Source: Camelus dromedarius
Taxonomy: Eukaryota
Reading direction: 5' to 3'
Assembly (NCBI RefSeq): GCF_036321535.1
Contig: NC_087471.1
Span: 1,364,001 to 1,428,000, forward strand
DNA: 64,000 bases
The translations under genes and the position numbers were made by a program. Shown here in pieces: positions 11,881-23,763 of the stretch. How positions within the stretch are numbered: position 1 is the first letter of the stretch; the number at the start of each line of letters is the position of its first letter. A model generated the notes under the pieces. It was not told the origin of the DNA and made no database searches. It saw only the letters and a program-made list of their open reading frames with translations.

Positions 11881-11891
11881 CCCCTGAACTC

Positions 11892-11892
<1 letters not shown>

Positions 11893-11928
<36 letters not shown>
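11893..11928. repeat. (TG)18 microsatellite
   Basis: Perfect TG run. Confidence 0.95.
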
Positions 11929-11929
<1 letters not shown>

Positions 11930-14374
11930 CAACTACTATATAATACATTTCAGTCAAATAAGGAGTAAAACTGGATGAGATGGAATTCTGGAAACAGAGG
12001 ACCTGGCACAGGAGAGCAGTGGGGAAGGCTCCAAAGTCTCTAAGAGAAAAAAAGCACTTGGAATACGTGGTAAAGTCTTGAGGTATTTAACACATGTGTT
12101 AAAACTTAAAAAAATTTTTTTATCAAGAAGTACATGGAACATTGAGCAAGTGAAACCATAAGGCAATTTTTAACTTCTGGAAAAAAAACCCATAAAAGTT
12201 GTGTGAGAGTGGAAACATGTTCGCTCCATGCATGGGGGTCAGTATGTCCCAGTGTGAGTAACACGCTCTGTCTGGTGGGAGGGGGGACGCGGGGAGGTGG
12301 GAAAGGGGTATGATGGACAGAACGACCTCTCACCTTCCTTGATAGTTGATACAGTGCTCAGGAATATTGATTAATCAAGAAATAGCAGGATTGTATGTTA
12401 CATAGAAATGCAGGGATAAATATCAGAAAAAGTCTTCACAAGTTGAAAACGATTTCCTCTAAGACTTGGTAGAGGTTTGGGCACCGGGTCCAACATTTTT
12501 AAAAAATATACGCTACTTAGAACTCTTTGATTTCATTATGTGAATGTACTTTGCTAAAAATAGAAACCGAATTTTATGGCAGAAAGGCAAGTAAAAGCAT
12601 GGGTACACACAGCTCCCCGAGGCTTAAAAAAAGGCAAGGTTTCTGGCAGGGTTTTGTGTTGACTTTTTATGAGTGAGCCAGGCCGACAGAGTTTTGTATT
12701 CATGCTGCCAGAGCAGGGAGGAAGCCCTTCTCATTCCTCAGGGCCGTGCACCCCATCTGTCACCCTTTCTTCGAAAATGCTTTCGTGACAGGATGCTTAC
12801 AGTTCCAACGCCTTGCCTCGCTCACCCCCGAGGGGAGTGACGAGCCTGCTGCTCCCTGCAGGGGTGGGCAGCTCAGAAGGTCAGGGAGCCCTTGTCGGGG
12901 GGTGAGGAAGGAAGCACCGGTTCCCCGTCGGTTCTGATAAAGCTGCCCTGCTCCACGGAGCAGCTTAATTGGAAGTAGATAGCCGGCCGTTGAAAAGCCC
13001 AGCCCTTGGGCTAGCAGACAGCTGACCATTATTTTCTGTATCTGTTGAGAGTGTCCTGGTTTCACCACTTTTCCCTCTCGCCTCCTCATTTGCGCATTTG
13101 CAAGTGAGCATCCCACACTTTGCTCAGCTTTGGGGCTTCCCGGGATGGCTCTCGAGGAGTCCTCCCTTTTGGAATTCTCAGTCATGACGTCCTCCGACTC
13201 TCCTCCCATCAGAGGAGTCACGATGCCAGTGGCGGCAGAGGGACATGTGCGGGAGCATTGAGCCTCCAGCCGCTGGCCCCCAGCTGCTGCCCCCCGTACT
13301 CACCTTAGGAACAGGGGTGCACATGGGGACCCCTCTGGGGAGGAAGAGGAGATGGAAGATGAACGAACACTGATGCTTGGTGGTTGGGGTACCAAGACCG
13401 GAGACTCGCGCCCAGGATGGAGGGTCCACAGCAGTCACTGCCGCCAACCAGGCGAGGGGAGCAGGGAGGAAACCCGCCACCTCTTCCATCAGCCTGAGTG
13501 CCCTTCATGCCGCTTCTGTGTTCTGCCTCCTTCCGGGCTCGGGGATCCTGGGCCCGGGCCACCTCTGCTCCTTTCCAGACACAACTAACAGGGGACAGAC
13601 TTCCTTCTCCCCTTGGTGACTCTGCGGGTCGTGACAGGAAGGCTAAGGCCGTGGCAAGAGCCTTAGAACGACGCTCAGTGACGGGGACAGCTTCTTTGAA
13701 CGCCCTGTCAGAGCGCCTGCATGCAGACTGGCGCCCTGCAATGACGTAAACCCGCAGGCCTTTGGAACACCCAACGTTCCCAAATTCAAGCCTATTTTGA
13801 AAAAATTAGTAACGCAAAACATTTTTAAAGGCTTCAAGGAGCCTGTGGACGCTGGTGGTTCCAGCAGGTGGGGTCGGGGACAGGGGCCCAGGGGCCCAGG
13901 AAGGGAGCTGGCAGAAGGCGCGGGCACTGCCTGTGGGCGGGTTCGAGTCCCAGGGCTTCCCGGCTGACAGTGCTATGGGCAGCCCTGTGCCGCCCCTGAC
14001 CTCCCCTGACCTGCAGCCTTGGTGAAGAGACGATAGCTCTGGTCCAGCTCTAGTCGGCTGTGTTTGAGCAGAGACCTGGCCACGTGGGAGGGTGGGCCGT
14101 ACAAGTACCTGGCCCACAGAAGCCCAGGACCCGGGAAGCACTGCTCTGAAGAGCCTGAGGTTTTGGAAGGACGCTTTGGGAGAAGTGGAGCAGAGTGAGC
14201 AGGCAAAGGTGGTGGAGGGTGCCCATCCTGCAGGATGGGTTCCAGATCATCCGGACAAGCCCCCAGAGTCCCCACGCGTTCATCTCCAGGGACGGGTGAG
14301 GACCAGCTTCACCAGGGTGGGATATGGAGGCCAAGCTCCAAGCAAACCATGCACAGAGGTTGCTTATGGGACTT

Positions 14375-14625
14375 GGACCGCACACGAGGGAGAAGGAAAC
14401 AACGCCTGAAGGGAGCTTACAGAACTGGAGCCCACGCTGTGGAAGAAGGCACAGTGCTCGAAGGATGCTACGGTGCCTGGAGCTCACGCTGTGGAAGAAA
14501 GAACCACGCACAAAGCATTCGCACAGATCCCGGAGCGCACTCTGGAGAAGAAGGAACCACGTGACAACGCACAAAGGACGCTGGTGGGCTCTGGACTCAC
14601 AGTGGGGAAGAAGCTGGCAAGATGG
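14375..14625. repeat. Degenerate tandem repeat, ~5 units of 52-61 bp
   Basis: Anchor gga(g)c(t/c/g)cac(g/t)ct(g)tggaagaagg-like at 14375, 14427, 14479, 14532, 14593 (spacings 52, 52, 53, 61). Confidence 0.65.
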
Positions 14626-15140
14626 ACAGTCGGGAGATCACCAATCAGACTCCTCCAGCTGCTGGCCTGGGGGGCCACGTCTGAGCCTGCAGAGAACTCT
14701 GGGCGTGTCCACAAAAGTGCCCTGGTGGGGAGACAGCGGCGGCAGCTGCCTCCGTGAAGCTACCATGGTGGGGCGGTGGAGGTCTGGTGGCAGCCCTGGG
14801 ATGCTGGACACAGAGCCAAGGAGGGCAAGGACCGTCTCTGTCTGTCCACTGGATGTGTGTGGCCCTCGGCTTCCCAGGTCTCAGGTGAAGGTCCGCTTGT
14901 GGCCAGCTCGCCTCCGAACCCCGTGGGGAAGAGCAGTCAGGGACAGAAGCCTGCAGCTTGACCAAGCTGAGCACAGAGCAGGGCAGCAACACGGTGCTCG
15001 GTGTAGGGGGCAGGGCCTGGCACCAGTCTCCCCCAGATGGCCGTGCGGCCTCCCTGCCTGGTCCTCAAGCGGGGGTTCCTGCTTGCCCAGCGAACAGAGG
15101 TGTAAGTTAGAATTACAGCCTCCCAGAAGTCCCATGTATT

Positions 15141-15612
15141 CCACTCAGCTATAAAAAAAAATAATAATGCCATTTGCAGCAACATGGATGGACCTGAAGA
15201 ATGTCATTCTGAGTGGAGTAAGTCAGAAAGAGAAGGAAAAATACCACATGAGATCACTTATATGTGGAATCTGAAAAAAAAAAAGGACACATATGAACTT
15301 ATTTACAAAACAGAAACAGACCACAGACATAGAAAATAGACTTGTGGTTAGCAGAGGGGAACGCGGTCAGGGAGGGATAAAATGGGATTTCGAGATTTGC
15401 AGATACTAACCACTGTGTATGAAATAGTTTTTATGTAATAAAGCAACAAATTTCTACTGTTTGGCACAGCGAATTATATTCAATGTCTTGTAATAGCCTG
15501 TAATGAGAAAGAATATGAAAAGGAATATATGTGTATAACTGAATCATGATGCTGTACACTAGAAACTGGCACAAGAGTGTTAAATAACTATGTTACAATA
15601 AATTTTTTTAAA
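15141..15612 (+). mobile_element. Lineage-specific L1 3'UTR fragment
   Basis: gccatttgcagcaacatggatggacctg...gtaagtcagaaagagaaggaaaaataccacatgagatcac...; same family as the 1720-2775 and 62005-62452 copies. Confidence 0.92.
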
Positions 15613-16974
15613 ATTTTTGTTAAATAAAAAGAATTGCGACCTCCCTGAAGTTGCCCCTGACCCCTGCCCCACGTGGCCTGCTGCTCCGGAGTGTCTGTTG
15701 GGGCCGCCCCTGGAGAGATTGAGGCCAAAGTGTGCGTGCTGTTCCCCAGTGGGTCCCCGCTGGGCCGCGTAGACGCGTCTGGGGTCGTCAATATCAGCGT
15801 GACCACCACAATGGAGGGTCACGGGGCCAAGACTCAAAGGCTCCAAAAATTTCTTCCAAATGCAAACCCAAGCCAAGAGAGCAAGGTGCCCCAGCGACAC
15901 AGGCTGGACCCGGTGGAGCTTTTCCCGGCTTTGTCACACGCGGGGCGAGGGCTCCCAGGAAAGACAGAACCAGCTGCGGAGTGTTTGTGCAGGAGGCTGG
16001 GACAGGGGGCACGGGGCTGGGGGCCTCGCCGCTTACTGAGGAGCATCCAGGGAAAGGGGATCAGGGATCGCCATAAACCCCAGGCTTCGGATCGCCTGGT
16101 GATTTGTTGTGCTGGGGAGTCAGAGGCGCTTTGATCGCAGGCAAAGCCTCCACGATTGTTGTCTACAAAGGCTATTGATTCATCCCACCCAGGTCTCAGG
16201 GGCCGGCAGGGGTCAAACTGAGCAGGGGGTGACGAAGGAAGGAGGTCAGCACTGGCCCATAAGTCACTGCTCAGCCCTCCCCGCGCATCTTCTGCAATGC
16301 TCCCTCCGAGACAGGCCAGCTCTGAATTCTCTTGTGAATCTGCAACATGCACGATGATGTTAATTCATTTGCTGAAAGTCACTGCTTCTCTCCTCGAGGC
16401 CAAAAAAGCTGGTACCACCCCCTCTGGTTGCAAGTCCTGCTTCCTAAAGTGGAGAAAATTGGAGAAAATCAGACGAAATCCTAGGAAGAGGACAGGGCCA
16501 GACCTCGACCGTGGGTCACAGGCATGTGACTGTAGACAGGCCTGCTTTCTCCCCCGTTTCTCCCCTGAAGCCTTTCTGGGACTCATGCCTTACCTGGGGC
16601 AGCGTACAGGGGCAGCTGCCCCCAGGGGAGACATTTTTATACCCACTTCCGACCCCTGACAGCATCCTGTGTGATTACCTTCTGCCTCTGCAGGTGGTGC
16701 CGGAGCCGGGGAAGGGGACCACAGACACTGGGTAGCCGGCTGCCCATCATGAAACAAACCTCGGTCCAGTTATCACCCAGGACCTCCCTGCCTCTCGGAA
16801 ATCATCAGCTCTGTCAAGGCTCCTCGTTTTCCTGTGACTAAGGCCCTGATTTTACTCTGATAATGTTTGGTGCATTTAGGTGCAGATTATGGGGTCTTTC
16901 TTCAGGCAGAGGGCCTGTGGGGCAAGGTGTGATTGGGCTGGGCACAGAGTGGCACTGACCTGCCACTGTGGGTT

Positions 16975-17700
16975 GTTGTAGTTCATTCATTCATTCATTT
17001 ATGCATTTATTCATTCAGTTAATTCGTTTTCTTTCCTGTCTGATAGACATCGGGAGATTTCTTGGAGGAAAAGGCAGTGAGCCCCAGCGCCTAGCTCTGC
17101 CCTCACAGAGTGTGTGGGCTGCCAGGGCAGCCAGTCCGCGGGACTAGCAGGTATCACCCCACATAACGAGCGTAGGGCTCGGGGACCCTGGGATGCAGAG
17201 CCAGGTGGGGTGGCCAGGGAGCTTTCCAGGGAGGAGCTGAGTGGGGGGAGGCTGTGGCTGGGCAGAGGAAGCGCCTCTCCAGGGCATGGAGCTGAGGGCC
17301 AAAGAGTCCAGTGCGGCTGAGCACAGAGCAGGGTGGGGTCTCGGGAAGGAAGAGGCAGGGGAAGTACACAGAAGCCTTGATGACGCCTTTAAGTCACTTA
17401 AAGATGGTGAGTGAGGCCACCACAAAGGGTTGGGGGAATTACCACAGTACTAAATGGTCTTGGAGCATGGTAAGATTTTTAGTCTTAAAACATCCACCCG
17501 GGCACACTGCGGAGGACAGACTAGGGATGGATGAGCCTGGAGCGGGGCAGCCTGTGTGTAGGGCTGCCGGCAGCTGCGCCAGCAGGGAGGCCACCTGGGC
17601 TGGAGGGAGGTGGAGGGAAGTGCGGAGGGACAGGGGGCAGAACAACCAGTGTGTGACCCGTTGAGTGCACGAGGGGCCTGGATTGGGCTGGAAGGAGGGA
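16975..17700 (-). mobile_element. Degenerate L2 fragment with (TTCA)n tail
   Basis: ttcattcattcattcattt tail at ~16981, followed by purine-rich L2-like text (gagcatggtaagattttta...catccacccgggcacactgcggagg). Confidence 0.5.
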
Positions 17701-17989
17701 GGCAAAGAGGGGAATCTTTTTGTTTGGGGTTCCAGGTTGCTCTAACCTCGGGGTACAGGGGAGTGATGGGGGGCTGGACAGTGTCCTTTTACATTCATTC
17801 TCTCCCTCTCTGGGTTCCAACTCCCGCAGCACGGGAGGGTCTTGGAACAGCAGTGATGCGAGGGAATGCAACTGGGGGGCTACGGGTCATGCCCCCTGGG
17901 TCCGAACACCCGGGAAGCAAGGCCCCACCTGCGAACACCCCCGATTCCGGACGTGGGCTGCTTTAAGAAGGGAACGGCGTGGACTGCAC

Positions 17990-18241
17990 TGGAAGTTAGT
18001 TCTTGGAAGCCAGCCGGGAAAGAGCACATACTGTATGAGTCTGTTTATATAAAGCACAAAGCAGGCCAAGCTGATCCGCAGGTGGGAGTCCGGGGCGCGG
18101 CTGTTCTGGGCCTGGTGCCTGGAGGGGGCAAGCGGGGCGCTGAGCGCTGCGTTTCTTTATCTGGCGCTGGTTTCACAGGTGCGCCCCGTTTGTGGCAAGT
18201 CATCAAGCCACGCCCCCTCCTCCCACCCTCCACGCATGCGT

Positions 18242-18290
<49 letters not shown>

Positions 18291-18340
18291 CGCACACACA
18301 CGCGCGTGCGCACATACACACACAGTCAATAAACACGTTT
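17990..18340 (+). mobile_element. Old L1ME 3' end, GC-shifted, with microsatellite expansion before its AATAAA
   Basis: gaagccagccgggaaagagcacatactgtatgagtctgtttatataaagcacaaagcaggccaagctgatc matches the recalled L1ME 3'UTR; ends caataaa at 18327-18333. Confidence 0.7.
18231..18324. repeat. 94-bp uninterrupted alternating purine-pyrimidine tract (CA/CG/TG), Z-DNA prone
   Basis: cacgcatgcgtacacacacgcgcgcacac...cgcgcgtgcgcacatacacacaca. Confidence 0.85.
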
Positions 18341-18359
18341 TTCCAAAGGCCGACTCTGA

Positions 18360-19080
18360 GCCTTCCCCGCAGACCCTCCCCCCGCGTGCTCTGGGCGCGG
18401 GGACAGCTGTCGGAACACGGTCCGTGGGGGCCGCGGGGTGACCCCCAGCCGGGCGGCCAGCCCCGCCCCCCCCCCCCGGCGTGTTTACAGGAGAAGCCCT
18501 TGTGAAGCCGGATCCGGAGGTCACGGGTTCAGGCCTCGGAGCAGGACGTGCAGACGGGCTGGCCGCCGGGTTCCCAGCAGGCGCAGGAGGTCACCGCCTT
18601 TCTGAAAGCCAGGGTGCTCGGGCTGGGTCTCCTTCTCTGGCCGCCCAGCCCGCACACGTCCTCAGGGAATCCAGCGAGGGCGGGGTCTGCGGCTCGGAAC
18701 GGCCAGGCGTCATTTAACGACAACGTACAAAGAGGGACTTCAGGGGAAACTGTTAAGCAGGTTGAAGCCTCCGGAAGAGCGGAGTGTCCGCGGCACATGT
18801 CAGGGGCTCCTCCAGGGAGCGCAGGGAACCTGCCCAGGTGGCCGCGGTCCTGCGCGAGGCTGCTGTCGCCGGAAGGGGTCGCATGTGGATGGGGACGAGC
18901 ACGCGTAGAGGCCCCCGCCTGACCCGCGTGGCCAGGACGCCTTTCCCAGGGGTGTGATGCCGGAGGCAGCGCGTGGCCCACGGCAGTCGCGCCTCGTGCA
19001 TCTCAGTGCTGGCCGCATGCGAGGCGCGGGGTGCCTGGCTGGGGGGCTGCGCGGCTCCCCCCGCCCCGACACCCACATCT
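18360..19080. promoter_or_regulatory. CpG-island-like block
   Basis: Dense CG dinucleotides and G/C runs (ggggccgcgggg, ccccgcccccccccccggcg). Confidence 0.5.
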
Positions 19081-19929
19081 ATGCCCGGGAGTCCAGGGCT
19101 TGACTCCAGGCTCCAGCAAGATCCTGTCACCACCACCTTCGTGGCAGACCTCAGCTCTCCCCACTTCTGGCCTCAGCACTGACTCGGGCGGAACGGGGTT
19201 TCATGGATCTGGTTCTGCGCCCGGGCACCTCCTGCCCCTCGGGGTGGTGGGACCATCGACTTCGGGCAGTGCCCTGGGAGTGGGAGGGCAGTGGTCCCCT
19301 CACTTGTCCCTGAGCACGTGCCAATTCCCAGCTGCTGTCAGCTGTGTCCTAGAGAACAGAGGACACAGGGCGGTGCCCTGCTGACCCCAACAGATGCAGT
19401 GTAGACGGCAAATAAACCTTGTTGGCTCTGCCATCGAGGTATTGGGGCTGTCACTGCTGCACGACCCAGCTCACCCTACCATCACATCTTTCTCCTGACC
19501 CCACCCGCACCCCTGCAGCAGCTCCTCCCCGCCTCCTGAGTTCACGTCCACCCCCCCCCCCGCCACCGTAGCCCAAGGGGCCTCTCCTTTCTTGTAGGCA
19601 TCCCTGTTCCCTCTCACACTTAAAGTAAAATCCCAGCTCTTAAGTCTGGCCCGGCTGATCCATTCTTCAGCCACTGACCACTGCCTCAGGAATGCCCACC
19701 TCCCTGCTCCTCATCTAATCTTGGACTCATTTGTGTCCCAGCTCTCAGGCGGGAATACCCTTCCCTCAGCGTTCTGGAAGGTTCTCTCAAATGCCGTGTC
19801 CTCAGAGGCATGGATGTCTTTGCTCTTACTATTCCCTGCTCTTGAACTGTGACCTCTGATCATTCATTGTCTCCTCCACCGTCACGTTAACCCAGGATGG
19901 TGGCGCAGAGTCTCTAGCCCATTCCGCCC

Positions 19930-20706
19930 TGTGGGTGTGGGTCCATCGCACCGCCAAGCAGTTCTCCGACACCCGCTGGCTGTCCTACAGCTCAGCTCCG
20001 TTCTGACGCTGTCTACCCAGAGACAGCCTCAGATCTCACAGGTTTAGAACTTGATCCCCCATGAACGAACCCTGCCCCCAACTTCAGACACCCATTGTAA
20101 GTCCATGTTGTCACCTGGGCTTCTAATTGACTGGCGATGAATCAGAGGTTCCCACCACTCTCTCCTTGAGCTTAATTAATTTGCAAGAACGACTCATGGA
20201 ACTCAGAGAAAGATTCTACTTACTAGATTACTGATTTTATTATAAAAGGATGCAACTCAAGGATGACCAGATGGAAGAGGTGGGTAGGGTGGGGAATGGG
20301 AAAAGGGTGAGGGAGCATCCGTGTTCCCTCTGAGGGCACCACACTCCCCAAATCTCCATGTGTTCACCAGCCCAGAAGCTCTCCAAACCTGCTCCTTTTG
20401 GGGTTTTATGGTGTGATTGTTTAAGCCATTGGCCATTGGCAGTTGATCCGACCTCCAGCCCCTCTCCCTTCCCCAGAGGTCAGAGATCAAGGGGTGGAAC
20501 TGAAAGTCCCAACCCTCTTACCAGGTTCTTCTGGTGAATGGTCCCAGTCCTGAGCTGCAGTCCAAAACATAACCTCATTAATGTAACACAGAAGACATTT
20601 CTATGCTTTCATCACTTAGGAAATTCCAAGAGTTCTAGAAGCTCTGTGCCAGAAACAGAGATGAAGACAAGAGTATATATTCCTTGCTAGAAACCACAGT
20701 GTCACA
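19930..20706 (-). mobile_element. MER21-type LTR
   Basis: gacacccgctggctgtcctacagctcagctccgttctgacgctgtctacc..., ggaactcagagaaa..., ttaggaaattccaagagttctagaagctctgtgccagaaac...cacagtgtcaca match recalled MER21C (reverse strand). Confidence 0.85.
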
Positions 20707-22399
20707 GTGGTTGTCCTGTTTGCCGCTCTATCCAGCCCTGCAAAGGCATTGCACAGAATCCGTCAGTCCTGAGGAGTCTACAGGAGTTGTGGTCAGTTCC
20801 GTGTGGTCCTGGGGTCAGTGGGGCTCAGGTTGTGGAGAATTCCCAGGCTGCTTGAAGAATTTACAGCTGGAGTGACCAGGGAGGCGCTCGGAGGAGAGCT
20901 CTGCTGAGAGCCGGGGGGGGCAGAGGCCACACGTGTGTGAACAGGGAGCTGCAGCAGGATGATCCGTGCGTGCAGAAGACCTTGTTCATTTCACTGAATT
21001 GTCACAAAAGCTTTCATCACTCTGCAGAGTTAATGCCCCCCTTCCCCTGACACAGGGAAGAGAATACGGCGTGGAGAGTGTGGGTGGTCCCCGGCCCCGC
21101 AGATGGTGAACGGGGCCTGATGTTTGAGACTGGGCCTGCTTCACCTCCGTGTCACTCCCTGCCACTGTTCACTGTGCTGACTCTTGGAAGATACTCAAAG
21201 GGCACATCTGACAAAGGGCTCCCCTGCTCCTGCTCCTGCTCCTGAGTGCTCCTAGAAGGAACAAGATGGGAGCCATTTCTCTATGGCTCCTCTGAACGAC
21301 CTGCCAGCTTCCCCACCAAGCATCACCCACAACCCGCAGCCACTGAGCAGGACTGATAAGGATGCCGAACTGTCAGTCTTCTTTGTGGGAGGGCGGAGAC
21401 AGCTTCGGGCAGTGTACCTGTCTTGACTCCGCATGCAGCCAGGCCGAGGCGTGAGGTAGGTCATCTGGGACAATGCGGAGACCCCAGCCTCACACTGCTC
21501 CGCATAGACAGCCTGTCTGCGTGCAGGGCCTGCCCCAGGATGCCCAGAGATCGAGCAGGGGAAAACGGGGGTGAGGTGGAGCAGGAGAGGGGCACTGTCC
21601 TCTTTCTCCCCATCATCATGCTGGGGGGCGCCAGCTGCGTGATGAGTGTGGGGTGTGTGACTCCAGGTCCTTGGTCACCTTGTACATCTCATTCCCTCTT
21701 GTCCTCTTTAACAGCAGAGCCACCTCACAGCTTTGGCACTAGGGAGATTCAAACTCTGAGGTCTTGGAGCTTCCACGTCAACTCCTGCCAAAGACAGCCC
21801 AGGTTGCAGAAGGCCGAGTGCCGTCCCAGTGCCGAGAAGCCGTGGTGCGGATACTAAGCCGAGTGAGGACCGAGGGGGTCGCTCGTGTCTTTAGACTTTT
21901 AACTTTCAAGGGCGAGATAATTTGCTTTTGGTCTTCACTTCCTTTGGTCTTTGGATTTGAAGTTACCGGAGGATTTAATTTCTCCTTGGGGACTTGACAA
22001 TCAGAGAAAAACGTTTCCTTAATTTGGGGCGTCTCTAGATTTTTTTCAAATTATTTGGGCAGTTAAATTTTCTGTTTTATCTTATTAAGGACCCCTGCCA
22101 AACTGTATGGAATGATGGAAGTGAACATAATTGGTATAAGAAAAATAGGTCCAAGAATATATGTTCTGTCTTGGGCACAGGGTCATCTTGGAGATCATTT
22201 AATTAACCAATTCGGAACCATCTCAGAGTTCGCTGAGGTCAAGCTTTTTTCTGTTTGTGTCATTTGCTGAGTTGTTCTGTCCGTTTTGGTGACTGCAGGT
22301 CATCCTGTCTGCGTCGACTGTCTTGGTGTGTGTCTGCCCTGGCCAGCACGACACTGCCTCTTTAAGTCAGCTAAGGAGTGGGCCCACTGGACGGCGGGC

Positions 22400-22500
22400 C
22401 TACATCACTTCCTCAGGGCCAGCTTTATCAGCAGTCCCTGTGATGCTTTGGCCTCCAAATGCTGACTCCTCTGACTTACTTCTCAGATGACTCAGCGCTC
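22400..22500. promoter_or_regulatory. Candidate enhancer: ETS + GATA + ARE/MARE motifs
   Basis: cacttcct 22406-22413, ttatca 22425-22430, atgactcagc 22487-22496. Confidence 0.3.
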
Positions 22501-23763
22501 ATGGCGGGAAATGTGAACGGGATTTATTGGGAGCTTTAGGACAGAACCCAACAGTGTCCGGTCTCAGCTGATTACGCATATCCCCCTTCAAAGAGAAAAA
22601 CAGAAGCCGCCGGATAGTAAATCCTTCTTCCCCTAAACGCCCAGGGCACATCCCTGTGCAAGCTTCACGGCGTCCCCTCCGTCCCACGTTAGCGCATGAA
22701 GAGCTGCCCGCTCCCTCCCAGAACCAGTCCCAGCTCCACCCCGCCGAACACCTCCAGGCACCCTGGGTCCCTCTTCTGTTTGCTCTGTCAGGTGGAGTCT
22801 TGCAGTGAAACATAAGCCAGGTCAAGTTCCTCTTACAGAACAAAAACACGAGCGGAAATGTGAACCTCCGCAGCCGCGGTCTGGCTTCCCACGTTGCATT
22901 TACAGGGGTTTCTCACAAGAGTCACCCGGAGTTTATGTCTCTGTTTTTGCCTCCCTGTCACTCCTCGGCCTCTCTAATCCAGCTCCGCCCTCACCAGGCC
23001 ATCAAGGCAGCCCTGGCTCAGGGGCCCGACGGCCTCCACGTCGTCACTGTCGCCAGACCTGTTGGCAGCATCCTGCACAAACGAGCATGACCTGCTCCAC
23101 GAGACCTGTCCCACCCTCAGCCTCCGTGACCCCTTCCCCCGCTCGTCCTCCTGCTCTCTGGCTGCACCGTAACCTTCCCACAGGCTCCCCCTCCAACCGT
23201 CCAACACGGACACTTCTCAGGTCCTTTCCGACGCACGTTGCGTCTCCTGCTCAGATGGAGGAAGCTCTTAGTTTGCTCCCTGACATCCGTTTCCTCGCTC
23301 TCCTTTCCCATTAGGGCCCCAAACTGGCTCACCTAGTAACGTGACTAGGAAGTCAGTTCCAGTTCATCCAAGCCCATCACGTTAACTCCCTTCGCTTCGC
23401 ATGGGGCTGATTTCATCCACTGAGAGGTGGCGATCCTTCTGCTGGGTGGGTATTGAGCACGCATCCAACTTTCTGGTTTGGGAGCAGGAGGCGGCCAGGA
23501 CAGCGGCGTGATCGGCCCCCTGTCGAGGTGGGGGCTGGCCTCAGAGCTGTCCTGAAGTGCTGCTCGTGCGAATGGGATGCCCGACGGCGTCCTGCACCAC
23601 CTTCATCTTGGTTCAAGGACTCGTGTGGGCCAGACCGACTGGGAACAAGGGAAGGAGTGGCGTCTTCTCCCTAAGCAGACACGGCTCTGGGGCAATGGTG
23701 AGTAGCTTTGTTATCATTACTTGGTACAACCAGCCACTCTGCTATCAATAGCGGGAGTCATAG

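Noticed and set aside
14324-15154. 276-aa ORF, the longest in the window
   Set aside because: No recognisable domain; it spans the degenerate tandem repeat and overlaps several other open frames, as expected in GC-rich DNA.
15673-16134. ORF with protein-like stretch GEIEAKVCVLFPSGSPLGRVDASGVVNISV
   Set aside because: No identifiable family or flanking splice signals; lies directly after an L1 tail.
21267-21288. 8-bp stem hairpin ggagccat-ttctct-atggctcc
   Set aside because: Too short for a pre-miRNA and expected by chance.
21252-21700. Coding-looking segment considered as a processed pseudogene (e.g. MYKVTKDLESH..., VIWDNAE...)
   Set aside because: I translated all six frames; none gave a sustained match to a protein I recognise, and there is no poly(A) tail or TSD. 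A tblastx search would settle it.
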